The position numbers and the translations under genes were made by a program. From contig NC_092680.1 of NCBI RefSeq assembly GCF_964355755.1, positions 17,121,045-17,185,044 of the forward strand: a stretch of 64,000 nt of DNA, given 5' to 3'. A model generated the notes under the pieces. It was not told the DNA's origin. It did no database searches and saw nothing but the letters and a program-made list of their open reading frames with translations. This document shows, piece by piece, positions 25,551 to 37,816 of this stretch (its first letter is position 1; each line of letters starts with the position of its first letter). The stretch comes from Antedon mediterranea (taxonomy: Eukaryota; Animalia; Echinodermata).

Positions 25551-26409
25551 GTCGCGGTTTATGGAATCCACAGTTTGTATAATGGGAGACTAAAAAGTTA
25601 TACTATAATTATTTTAAATAATTTTTGTAACAATTTCACTAGTACAAAGATGAAATTAAAATAGTAGGCCTATAATTGTTTTAGAGGTTTTTCATAAGCC
25701 GCATTTTTGTAACTTTTTTAATTATTTAATTTTGTTTTTAAAGTATATTACATATTACTGTCAACATTACACTCTAAACTGTATAAAGACAAAAAACAAA
25801 AAACATTTTATTTTACATGCACCTGGTTCCACTTCACTGGCAGTTATATAGCACTCGTCATATCCAATTAAATAGTAAAAATGATTCAACAGATTAAACA
25901 AACTGTTATTTGAAGCAGACTAGACAAATTAAGATCCTCACAATTGGTTATAGATGTCCTGAACAATCTTTTCAAATAGATTTTAATTAGGTGGCTAAGC
26001 TGGGAAACACTTGAAACAAGCTGGGATGAGATTACAGTAATTAAATACTATTTAATTAAAACTTAGGAATTCCTACTATTATTATATAATGCTTAAGTAC
26101 ATGAGCTCAAGTATGTTACTCACTCAGTAGGATTAAAAGCAAATAGTTCAACATTGGATTTAACAATACAACATACAGTACTAACATCTGCTTATGTTTT
26201 TATTTTATAAAAAAAACAGGAAGGTACTTGATACAAGGCTAAATTAGTATTATTAAAATATAACATATGTGCCATTTATATAACTAATTAAGCACAATTT
26301 ATGGCCTGCAGCAAAGAAATAGGATGGGAAACAATAATATATTAATATTATATTATATAAAATTAATCTGTGCATGCGTACAGTATATAAGTCCAGTACT
26401 TTACACTGT

Positions 26410-26537
26410 GAGCTAGTGTGTGGCCGAGCGGTTAAGACAGTGGGACCGTCATTACGTAGCCATAACATCGGCAAGGGTTTGAGACTCACTCAGTCCATGG
26501 CTCTGGTGTACACATCTAGCTCTTGTGCACTTTAAAG
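26410..26537 (+). mobile_element. tRNA-derived SINE, partial
   Basis: Box A TGGCCGAGCGG-TTAAG and box B-like GGTTTGAGACTC; no acceptor stem or complete cloverleaf. Confidence 0.65.
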
Positions 26538-29119
26538 TATTTAGTACAGTTCATTTTTAAAGACATGTAGGGGGTTACCCCGGATTACTAGAACAGTACA
26601 TCAACCATGGTTGAGTAACGTCATCTTTCAGCTACTTTTCAGAAAGGAAATCTTTTTAATGTTTGCATGCTGGAACAGTTTCTTTTTAAAATCATTTCTA
26701 TGGCACTCCCAACATTTTTGGAAGAATATTGCGAGAGGTAAAAACACTCCCATGATGGAATGAAGTTCCGGGGTGACTGCCCCGGTGACTTATTAAGTAA
26801 GTTTATAAGTTATTTAAAATGTATACACCAGGTGTGGTGCAAGATTGGTAAATGAAGTTCTCATTAATAACTCTATTGAAAAAAACAAATAAATGCCTAG
26901 AATCATAAATACTTATATTGGAGTTGAAAAATGGGCACCAAGTCAAAGGCATGATTCAACATAATGATTTGTTTTGGTGTCAAAAAATGAATATTAACTT
27001 ATCTTTATATTTGATTTGTTGTGCAGTAGGATGGATGAAAAATGGGAAACCAGGTATCTAATACTGTAATATAATTTGTATTTTAAAAGATGCAATTTTC
27101 ACTATAGTGGGATTTATTTTGCAGATGTCAAAATCAGCGGGCATCACAATGTATACTGTATTCAAAACGCACTCAAGAATTAGGATATGAATATAAACAG
27201 TAGTAAAATACTCAACTTTAACATGTCAATATAATGTCATATGGTACATGTTACATTGAAAACATAGCAATTTGTACCATACTGTATATGTAGGCAATAT
27301 AGTAAACCAGAGAACATCTATGTACAGTAAGTACAGTAGTGAAGAGGTATACAAATATAAACAGTAATAAAGTCACCAAAAATGGATCTTATTTATAGAA
27401 AAAAAAAGAAACATATCCAATCCAAGCACAAATAGGGATTACATTATAAATACTGTATGGCCAACAATGAAATCGGGCAATTAATTTAAAATATACCAAA
27501 ATCTATCTACCTAACACTAATATCAATGCACCAATCGATATGCGCATAGCGGCGTGAAATCGAAAAATTGATATTAGATTTGATTTGCCGCCGCCGGACC
27601 AGAACCGTGCTGGAACAGGTGTGAAAGAACCCTTAACCATAGAGAAACAAAAATTGTTGATCTATGATCTAGCCCATGGTATAGTAATCTCTCCACTTAC
27701 AAAAAACTAAGGACATCACACAAGTATTACAGTAGTAAGCGTACAAGGACGTCCTAACAAAATAATTTACTAAACATTATTATACATCATTAAATGATAT
27801 TTAATAATTCAATAGTATTTAGTGTAATGATTTAAAAATGGTAATTTACATATAATGAAATAATTTGCATAATAACATAAGTCATGTGCGTGGGTTGTTA
27901 ATAAATTTGAAATCCAAAGACAAAGACAATTTTTCTTTGTGTCTGAATTAAAAAATGAGTCATCAAGAGCCCACTAATGTTTTTTTAACTGTCATCTTTA
28001 AGTTATTATATTGGAACACTTGTCTAATAAGAAGGTACACTTTAGTCTGAGTATAAAGAACACACTTAAAGGAATGCTCAGTCTGAATTGAGGAAACTTC
28101 AAACTAACAAAGGAAAACATTGAGGCTTAAAAAAATTTTGGTGTAAACAGAAGAAAAAAAGAATCATAAAAAAAGCAAATCAAATTAAAGTGTAAAGATA
28201 AATTACTTTCATTTTTAGTTTGTTTGATTGGACTATTATTATTTTATCATAATATATATAATAATATTTTTACACCTTATAGTTTTTTAAGTTTAAAAAA
28301 ATGAAAAACTGACAGATGAAAGTAAGAAATTTAAATCAATTTTAAAATATATTATGACCTGGAACATTCAGTACACTACATAGGAAATGTTTAAATTATT
28401 CTAAATCCATTTTCAGGTCATATTCATCAAGTGCCAAGCTATCATCATTAACAGGTTATTTATACTGCAAGTTATCATGACGAGTAGTACTGCTATCATT
28501 TCATATCCGGAGACTATTGACATAATACAATACAGGAAAGAGGATGATTCGGTTCATCCCACGTTTTATAGTTTTAGGGCATGTACATTTTTCCTAATCT
28601 GACTGAGACATATCCATGTGATCTACCATAATTTTTGTTAGTAATGTGAAAAAATAAAAAAGGTTTTATCATATTCATATAATCTAAGCAACAGAATTTA
28701 GAAAAAAGGGAGAAAACACAATTAGTATTTTGTACAATTTTTCTGCTTTTTCTGAAAAAACATAATATACTGTATGGGTGCTTACCGTACATATACATGG
28801 CAGCAGAAACAGTCCATATACATACAGTAGTTATGGAAATGGGAGGCCATTTTAAGAACAAAAAACTGTGAGGCTTTGATTGAAAGTGTTGCATAGTAAT
28901 AACTAGTAATACTGTAAATATAATATAACATTTATATTGCAGCAATTCAAAAGACGGATTGAAGATACTTTGCTGTACAGATAAGTTTTTAATTAATTTA
29001 AAAGAATTGAAAGTTGATGTTTGAGAAAATGTGGGAGTCCGTACAAGGAGGATGTAACAAAGAAAAGGTGCGTAAGACTTTAAAACTTAGTATGGAAACA
29101 TGGCAATAATAGCAATGGC

Positions 29120-29255
29120 TACACTGACAAAAAAAGTGTGTTGTACCCAAATATGGTAGTGATATGCCCAGATATGATACTGATAATGATATGACATCAT
29201 TGTCCATATAGGCACATCACATTTTTTTGTCTCATAAGGTTTGATAGACAGAGCT
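29120..29255. mobile_element. Harbinger-like MITE family A copy
   Basis: Family core CCCAAATATGGTAGTGATATG and right TIR TTTGATAGACAGAGCT|TTA. Confidence 0.75.
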
Positions 29256-29939
29256 TTAGAGGAACACAGGTGATAAGATGAAACATATCTAGTAACATTT
29301 GGATGAGACTTCAATCTGTATCATTTGAAAGACAAGCCACGAATTCAAGTTTCACTCATTATCAGTTGCATACAGAGTTTATTTTTTGAATAAAAATAAC
29401 ATTTAAATCCCTCAATCTCATATTCAGGAAACCAAACGTAAACTATAAAAAAAAAGTACTTTTAAGAACTTTAAAAAGTTGACAATATAATCCGCTAAAA
29501 ATCAATCAAGTTTAGAAATTGCCGAGCATTCAGTTAGTTGACAATACTGTACTGAGAGTAAATGGCAAGAGAACAAATGTATAAATTATATAGAATTATA
29601 TCCTATTTATGTGTATTGTGTTTATTATATCCCTATTATGGTAATACAATAGACTCACTACTATGTCATTAACTATGTTTTTAAGAAATCATTATACTTT
29701 AAATAATTATAAAGGCGTTCTCTGTGAAATCTGTTAACAATTTGTGAAAATAAAGGTACAATAATTCAACAAAGATAGTAAAGTAACATGTTTCCACCCT
29801 CTAATCAATTGTTATTTACTATTATTTCCTCACACACACAGAAACCTTCATGAAGTTGATTTTGTTTGTTCATGAAACTTTTTTTTTTAATTATTACTAA
29901 TTATATTTTCTTTAAACTTTTTCCCAGCATTAAATATTT

Positions 29940-30043
29940 AGAAACTTACTATTTTTCTGCTTTCTATGGAACTTTTGGACCTCAAGAAACATTTGGGAAA
30001 GTTTCCGGTTTTTAGAAAGTCCAGTATTGGGAGAACCAACTGT
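29940..30043. mobile_element. Tc1/mariner-like MITE right end (second family)
   Basis: TCCAGTATTGGGAGAACCAACTG|TA resembles the reverse complement of the left end TA|CAGTCAACGCTCTCAATACCGGA at 46833; both regions share GGGAAAGTTTCC...AGAAAGT. Confidence 0.5.
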
Positions 30044-30845
30044 ACATAGGCCAAGTTTTTTTGGTAAGACCTAAGAAAAATTATAGATTGATCAGAAACA
30101 AGCAAACAATTGTAGAAAACACAATACGATACTATGAAAATTCAATCAAATTATGGATTAATTTATATAAATGGAGGCACTGAATACCAAGAAACCTTTG
30201 AAAAAACATGATAATTATGGTCAAATAAATAATTCACACAATAAAAGACTAAATTTGTGGATCTCCTTCGCAACCATTACAACGCAGAATACCTGAATGT
30301 TTCACGATAAACCATCAGACTACCAAGTTTTATATTTACTACTGAAATTATCCATCAAGACCATTAAAATTAATTAAATTAATTAAAATTCATTATAGCA
30401 AATTGAGAACTAATGAAAGCAGGTCCAAGGTTTACAAACATTGTTATTTTGTTGAGGCAGTTGAACATTCTGAGTCATTGGGTAAATAATCATACTTGAA
30501 TCCTGCAGATTTGTCAAACAAACAAATTCATTTTCATTCATTTTGAATAAATCAATCAAAACAAACATTTAATGATTGACTTCTTATATTTGTTTGTTTA
30601 TGGCTAGACACTGTTGGCGCTCATCAAACGAGTATCAAATATCCTCTTATTAATTTCAACTTTGTTAGTCTTTTTAATTGATAATTACGTTCATAATAAC
30701 TCAACACTATTTATATAGTTACGAATTGTTTTCAATTTAAATCTTGAGCAAATAATTTTAATTGACATTAAAAATCTGTAGCTGCAGAACGTATTCTATT
30801 TCGCTTTCTAATTTCTATTAGGTTATTGGTGGAAGCTAACTGTAA

Positions 30846-31130
30846 TGCTTGGTTTCTACAAGAGACGCAATACAACAACGTAATGTAACGATGAACTGTT
30901 CCTTGTCATGGTCAACTCGCTTACGTTTTGTCTAGTTCCTTGCGTTGCGTCCTAGTGGGAACCAAGCTTTAGGGGTGCTGTCTAGGTCCTTGCGTTGGGT
31001 CCTAGCGGGAACCAAGCTTTAGGGGTGCTGTCTAGATCCTTGCGTTGCGTCCTAGCTGGAACCAAGCTTTAGGGGTGCTGTCTAGATCCTTACGTTGCAT
31101 CCTAGTGAGAACCAAGCATTAGGGGTGCTG
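30846..31130. mobile_element. Harbinger-like MITE family B with right end and flank amplified as 4 x 50-bp tandem units
   Basis: GCTTGGTTTCTACAAG left end versus CTAGTGGGAACCAAGC right end; ACCAAGC at 30961, 31011, 31061 and 31111; related left end at 53203-53270. Confidence 0.8.
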
Positions 31131-32205
31131 GTAAACATCCTTACAGGGGCTTAATTACAACTAAATTCTAACAATTAAATTGTTATATAATTTCAATACC
31201 AAGTTTAATTACAAAAAGTAAGGTACACGTTTTGGTATTAAATGATAAAATAATACAGCTAATTACGGATGCTTAATTACCTCCTCATTGTATTAGATAA
31301 ATAATTTTGCTCCAATTGTATAATTACTGTATATTAGTTTTGCTTCCCAATATCTATTGAATATCCTATGAAAACTAAAACTTGTTTAACAAAGACCACA
31401 CCTAATATCACTTGTAGGCATCCTCTATTTTAAGACACTTTCAAGTTTCATACCATTTTCAAACCCTCTGCAGACAAGTTTTGTACATTGTACACCTATT
31501 ATGGTTCTAATAATAGTATAGAGGACAGCAGACAATGCAAACATTCTAAGCAAGTAAATGTTATCAAAATAAAATTAATATGTATTACAAATTAACGCCT
31601 AACCAAGTTGTTGAAATGAAATTCCCCAAATAGGAAAATCTAAGCAGGGGTTAGCTTTCAACAAAAGATGTTGGAATAATTGGAAAATGATCATCTTTTC
31701 ATACTTAAGTCTATGTGGGTGGCAATAAAAATGGACAAACAATCCTTAAGTATGAAATGAGTAATACTTCTGTTTATACCTTTCCTCAATCAATTCATTT
31801 TCAATGTGCTAATTGATCAAGTTTATTAACACAGTCAAAATGTAATAGAGATCTTTTTTGTTTTTCTGTTTTACTTCCTTGGGCCTTTTTCTGCTTTGAA
31901 AACTAGTTGAGATTGAATAAGTTACCACATTTTCTTGTGAAATAATGACATTTAGAAATAGGCTTAACTACTAAATGGCATTCTTAATATATAAGTTAAA
32001 TTACTGAATAAAATATCTTTTATTTAGCCTGACATTTTCTTACCATTGTCTGACATTTGAAAGATTAATTGTTCCTATTTTATTTTCTGGTGCGCAAGAT
32101 CTTAGTTTCATAAGCTTGAGACTATGACAAGTAATTCTAAAGTTAAACTTAGCATTTCCTTAATGGCATTAGAGATCAGTTGATTGTGTGCAGGTGGTAT
32201 CCAAG

Positions 32206-33448
32206 CAGTGGCGTATCCAGTAGGGGGCCGGGGGGCCCGGGCCCCCCTGATTTCGTTTCCGTCGGCGCATCATCGCAGCCGTGGGCAAACAAAGGTGCCG
32301 GGGAAAAAAATTAACTATTTATTCTGATAATAATTGAACTGTAAACATAATTCTTTTGAGTGTTTGTTTATTTACATATCATATACTCATTGATCCCTTC
32401 AGATCAACTATTTTTTATTTTCATTACATCTAACGAAACACGTAAAAAATGTGTAGCACGTACATACGGCCGTACGCGGTAGATTGTTTTCTCAAAAGTC
32501 TTTGACCTTACCCTAAAACCTTATTTTTGCATGCAGTTGAGCCTCTCATGACCTGGGATTTGTATGTCTTCCTACGCTAAGAGATTATATAGTTCCACAT
32601 GCCATGTGCTTTTTTGTCTAAGATATATTTATTATAAGTGCCAAAAACCCGGTTTTTTTTCTCGATATGAGGCCTTTATTATTCAAAATTTTTAGAAAAA
32701 GCACATATACCATAAAAAATATCCATGTATTTCATTTTTGGAACAGAATATTCCGTGAGGCTCAACTACAAAACCACCATTTTGTGATATGATGTCATCG
32801 TAAGCCAATTAAAGCTGAGCTTTCTCGCGATTGGCATTGCTTACGGTTGAATGATTTAGGATTCTAGCTGATTTGATTGGTGGATGCGAATCACCCGCAG
32901 CGGAATGTTTTCTCTCGCGCGTGTAACATGAATCTCTCTAATCGATACTACACAAAGTTAGAGCAATGAATTTGTCCGAATTCCGTTAAGTAAACAACTT
33001 TATATATTTTATAAGCATTTAATAACATGTTTTATTGATATTTCCAATGGTGATATATAAAATAAATTACTAAAAAACGTAATTATATGTAATTATTTTA
33101 ACTAAAAATGGCGTAGTTAATAGAATTTTTGACTGAGGCCGCAAATTGTTTTACTTCTTTCGTGGCTAAAAACGATCATTTTCGGCGATGTTTTAGACCC
33201 TATATTTCGAAAACTACAAATCAGATTTTCCTAATTCTTTCTTTATTGTAATATGAATACAACATACTAACAGATAATGTTGGTTTGGTTTTAATTTTGC
33301 ATCGTTATCCCATATAAGACAATATGACTATGTAATCCTAGAACATATATTGATCAGAGACGTCGTGTATGTACAGACTGACACCAATTTTGTCGGCAAA
33401 TTGGCAATTCCCGGCCCCCCCAACTTCAAAATCCTGGATACGCCACTG
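32206..33448. mobile_element. hAT-superfamily non-autonomous element (1243 bp)
   Basis: Perfect 15-bp TIR CAGTGGCGTATCCAG / CTGGATACGCCACTG, perfect 8-bp TSD TATCCAAG (32198-32205 and 33449-33456), G-rich subterminal motifs. Confidence 0.93.
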
Positions 33449-33932
33449 TATCCAAGAGGTATTAAAGTTCGGTCCAAGCTATAGTACTTGGTAGAAACCA
33501 CAACATTTTATAAGAAACTGTACAAAAAACATGATTTCAAGACAATTTGACTAAATAGTATATAATATTTTTTCCAATCCAATGTTTGGATAGGTAGGCC
33601 TATAACATATTTTATACCTACTGTACATGGTCAAAATAAATAGACATTAGACACGTTTTTGGTTAAAATTAACCATTTCTTTTGCCTTTTTTTAATAAGT
33701 GAAATCATTATTTTTGTTGATTTTTTTTCTACAGAAGTGAATAACTTTATTAAAACTGCCAAATGGCCTATTCAAAGTCTGATTTTATTAATCTTTATTT
33801 TGTGGGAACAATACATCTTTAATAAATATGAGTAAATATGGCAAACTACAATTTCATTAACCACAGTCATACAATCAGTAGAGATTCAAGGCTTTCTTCT
33901 GCTGGTGGACAACAAGTCTTCTCTTAGTTTAA

Positions 33933-34436
33933 AGGCCAGATGCGGGGCAAAACATTTCTATTGATCATACATTCCAATAATTATCGATCTATAGTTTCCC
34001 CTATGTTTCATAATTTTTGGGATTTCATTTGTTGTTACACGAGCTTGTTGAAAATAAGCACTTTTCTAGATCAAATTACACAGTAAAATTTATATTCTTT
34101 TGTACACAAATTGACTAAATATAGGTTATATAATTTTACATTTCTGGTATTTTTATTCAACTTCAGATTTTTGTTTTCATGCTATAGCAAAAATTATCCA
34201 CCGTATATCCATCTTTTTTCACCTTCTAGGGAGTCACCAGACATGTTATTACATGGTTAAACTACCTAACTCCTGAAAAAAAGTCTTCCTGGTTTTTATA
34301 GCAGAATTTTGCCAAATTTTGTATTTGACTATATTAAAGGAAATTCATGTTTTTCGTCTTGATTTCTGTTACAAATATTTGATTTAAGTACAATTAACCA
34401 GATATTATATATAAAATTCATGCCTGTACCCAAGCT
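33933..34436 (-). mobile_element. Kolobok-like element, copy 2 (504 bp, internal deletions)
   Basis: Reverse complement of 17580-18187, with TTAA on both sides. Confidence 0.85.
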
Positions 34437-37400
34437 TTAACTTCCTTAGTCCCGGTCATTAGCAATGTTTGGGACCTTAGGAGGAGAAGTGGGGTTGGAT
34501 TTCGGGAACACATAATGTAGTAAGCAACTAGGGATATTGATTTCAAAACTATTGTTGGAAGGGCATTTTCTTACACTGCATTGCATCTATAGTGAAAACC
34601 ACACTTCAGGCCTTGATGTGCTTTTAAATGTATAAAGCGCAAAAATAAATATCAATCTATTATTATCTTGGGTGTAAATATTAAATACAAAGAGAATTTA
34701 ATTTTCAAATATAATATAAACTTTGAATTATCAATGTTCAATGTCTGTATTTGGAGTAACCGTCTTCCTTGGTACTGTATAATAACTTGTTTTTAGGGAT
34801 TGTATGTCGATTATTGTTACAATCCATCAATAAATGCAGTTTCTCAGTAGCTATTTGTTGTGATAGGTATTTTATTTGGGGTTAACAAGCAGCTTGTTTC
34901 CCCACAAACTTTTCAGTAGTCAGTTCCTGATGATTGATTCTGAAGAATTGTTTATTTTCACACATTTTATAGCTTGTACCTCTTCAAAATTCCTTCCAAA
35001 TTTGTCACCTGAGATTATTATCCCAGCCTGTTAAAGAGACTACATAATTCAAGTTCTTTCTTTTGTGTCATTAATTATTGACACCTGATTTCAATCAAAT
35101 TCACACCTTAGATGAGGTAGATTAAATAGTAATCAACATATCTAGATGGAATGAAATACCTTTACTTACTAAAAGATCAAAATAAGATTAAAATAATAAT
35201 TATTATCAAGATGATGACCAAATATGGAACAAATTTAAATAGTCTTGATGGATTTTGAATAGAGTAAAGGTTTATTATATTCTAAATAATCTAAAAAGAA
35301 AAAAAATGGATAAGTGCATTCCACATTATCATACACGTTAGACCCGCCAAAATGTGCAGTCCTTAATGAGGGTTGACTGCAGTGAAACAATATTTCTCTT
35401 CGTTTATTCACAGGAAAGGGTGCTTTAATAGGGATTTACCTGAATAGGGGTGTCCCAAAGCATGGGTTCACTTATTTCTTTAATTTTAAATGATGGAACA
35501 TATGAGACAAAACATATCGCTATGAGGCAATACATTCAAATTTTTTCTAGTTCTGTTCTCTATATCTCCTTATTTTTAAATCTGATTTCTCTTTGTGCTT
35601 TAAACTGGATGAGGTTTCAAATTATCCAATTTAATCTTTACTTTTAGAGCTAATATGAAGAAAAAAAAAATGGGAAGAAATTATAAATTTCTTACTAAAC
35701 CTACTGTATTATGCAATAAACAATATTTTTGTGTTATTTTGGGAAACAGCTAGTACAGTAGTAGACATTTCAAAAGCCTACCTACCGCGTGGGCAAAATA
35801 TGCGCACTTTCAAATCCCCAAAAAGCCATTGTTAACTAACCCCTTGAACATCTCAGGTCAACATAATAACTCCCTTGAGGCATAAATCACCTGTATGCAA
35901 TGGGATATACCATATTTAATGTTTTAAACATACCACAAAGCTGTCAATTATAATGTTTACCAGCTGGTAATGTGGAGGCTTACAAGTTGTAAGGTGTTGA
36001 AATTACACTCACCAATTATGTCATCAAATTGATGAAGGCTGGCATTTTTAAAAGGTCATAGGGCATCATGTGGCTTAAGAAAAAAAGGTAGGAAGTTCAC
36101 TGAGAAAACATTCACAGATTTCTTAAAACATTTGTTTCTGATGACATTCCTCCTTAAAACCTGTGCTTAAACACCAATCGAAGTATAACCCATGTTCAAA
36201 GAAATTACCAGTAAATGATGGGTCTCCACAAAGGCCAAAGTGATAAAAACTGGATAAATATTAAATTTATTTGCAATTAGTGTAGAGACCACAAGACATA
36301 CTATAAAACTGTTTGTGACATGCACAACAAAAAGTTTTAACCATGCAGGCAAAAAAGCTAGTAGTAGGAAACTTTAGAATTGGGATGTTGTCTGTGATGT
36401 TAAACCTCACAGTCACCTCATTACTAGTAATAATAGTTTCATTCTTTGGTATTAGGTCTCGCATAAAAGAACATAAAAACATTGTCAAATCACCTAACAA
36501 AACCCAAACTAAATTTTCTATATTTTAAATCCCTTTGAAAACAGATAATCATCAAGGTCGTTTGATAATCACTAATGATGGTTACAACTATTTCAAATTA
36601 TAAACAGAAATAAAGGATATCAAATTAACAGCTATAACCAATGTACAAGTTTTGCTCTAATTTCTCTAGGCTATACAAATACTTGATTAGCCAATCAGAA
36701 GATAAGGTTAAATGTGGAATTGACCCTACTGAGCTTAACGCTTCCTACTCGTTTTGATGTTGAGAGAACGATTAGAACATTTCTCCTCTGGTTACAGAAG
36801 TCTAAGTCAAACACAATTTCCTTGATTCATGCGTGTTTAATGTATTAATTTCTTCAAACTATTTATCAGTTATAAATCCTAAGTTAACTTTTCAAACATA
36901 ATTTAATACGTAATTTATATGGTTTCGGATTAAACAAGGTGTTTGATTGTCAAGCTGTACGTGGCACGGTTTAAGCATAGGGGACAACAACTTGATACCT
37001 GATCTGGGGTGCTATTGGCAATAAGCCACGACAATTATGTTCCTACATGTCAGAGCGACTAACTGAAAGTACAGAGACACACACTATAGGGTGCTTTCGA
37101 TTTGCGGAAAGCGACGACCGACGACCTCACTAGGTCAGGTCAATCAATGTGGCGTCGGTCGTCGTCTGGACCTAGAAACCATCAAAACTGTGTTGAAGTC
37201 GGGAGCAAGGAAACACATCCCAATATACCTGTATGCCCCCAATGAATTAACATAATTTGATCGCCGATTTGTCCCTAATTATACTATCTAAATATTAAAT
37301 ACAATATTTAAATGTAGAACTCATGTACTGTATACTCCCTGTTATGTTACCATGAATTTGGTAAATTCATTTTGGATGCAAAGAAAAGATTCCCTGCTCT

Positions 37401-37654
37401 TCCTCTTTCCTATATGACAAAGACAAAGATATCCTGGCAAACTTGTGGGTGTTTAATGGTATGATTTGTTCTTTGTATACCAGCTTCCATAAGAACAAAA
37501 TGTCCTGCAATTTTTTTATTTCAAAATTATTATTATTTGCCAATATTGAAGAGATCTAACACTATATTTTTATAAAAATATCAGTTTCTCCTTGTTGTTT
37601 TTATTTGTATTATGATGAAACAGCTATAGGACAAGGAAGAACAAACGTATATTC

Positions 37655-37816
37655 AGCTATCTACTCTATCAAACTATAGTTTGACAAAAAAAGTGTGATG
37701 TGCCTAAATATGGCAGTGATATGCCCAAATATGGTAGTGATATGACATCATCATGTCCATATTATGAGCATATCACATTTTTTTGTCACATAAAGTTTGA
37801 TAGTGTAGACAGCGCT
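37655..37816. mobile_element. Harbinger-like MITE family A copy
   Basis: TIRs plus 21-bp internal repeats; accounts for the spurious MPKYGSD ORF. Confidence 0.8.

Noticed and set aside
26410-26495. tRNA gene
   Set aside because: A and B boxes are present but there is no closable acceptor stem or cloverleaf
34915-34940. Partial match to miR-217 (CATCAGGAACTGA on minus)
   Set aside because: The seed differs and no precursor hairpin is evident
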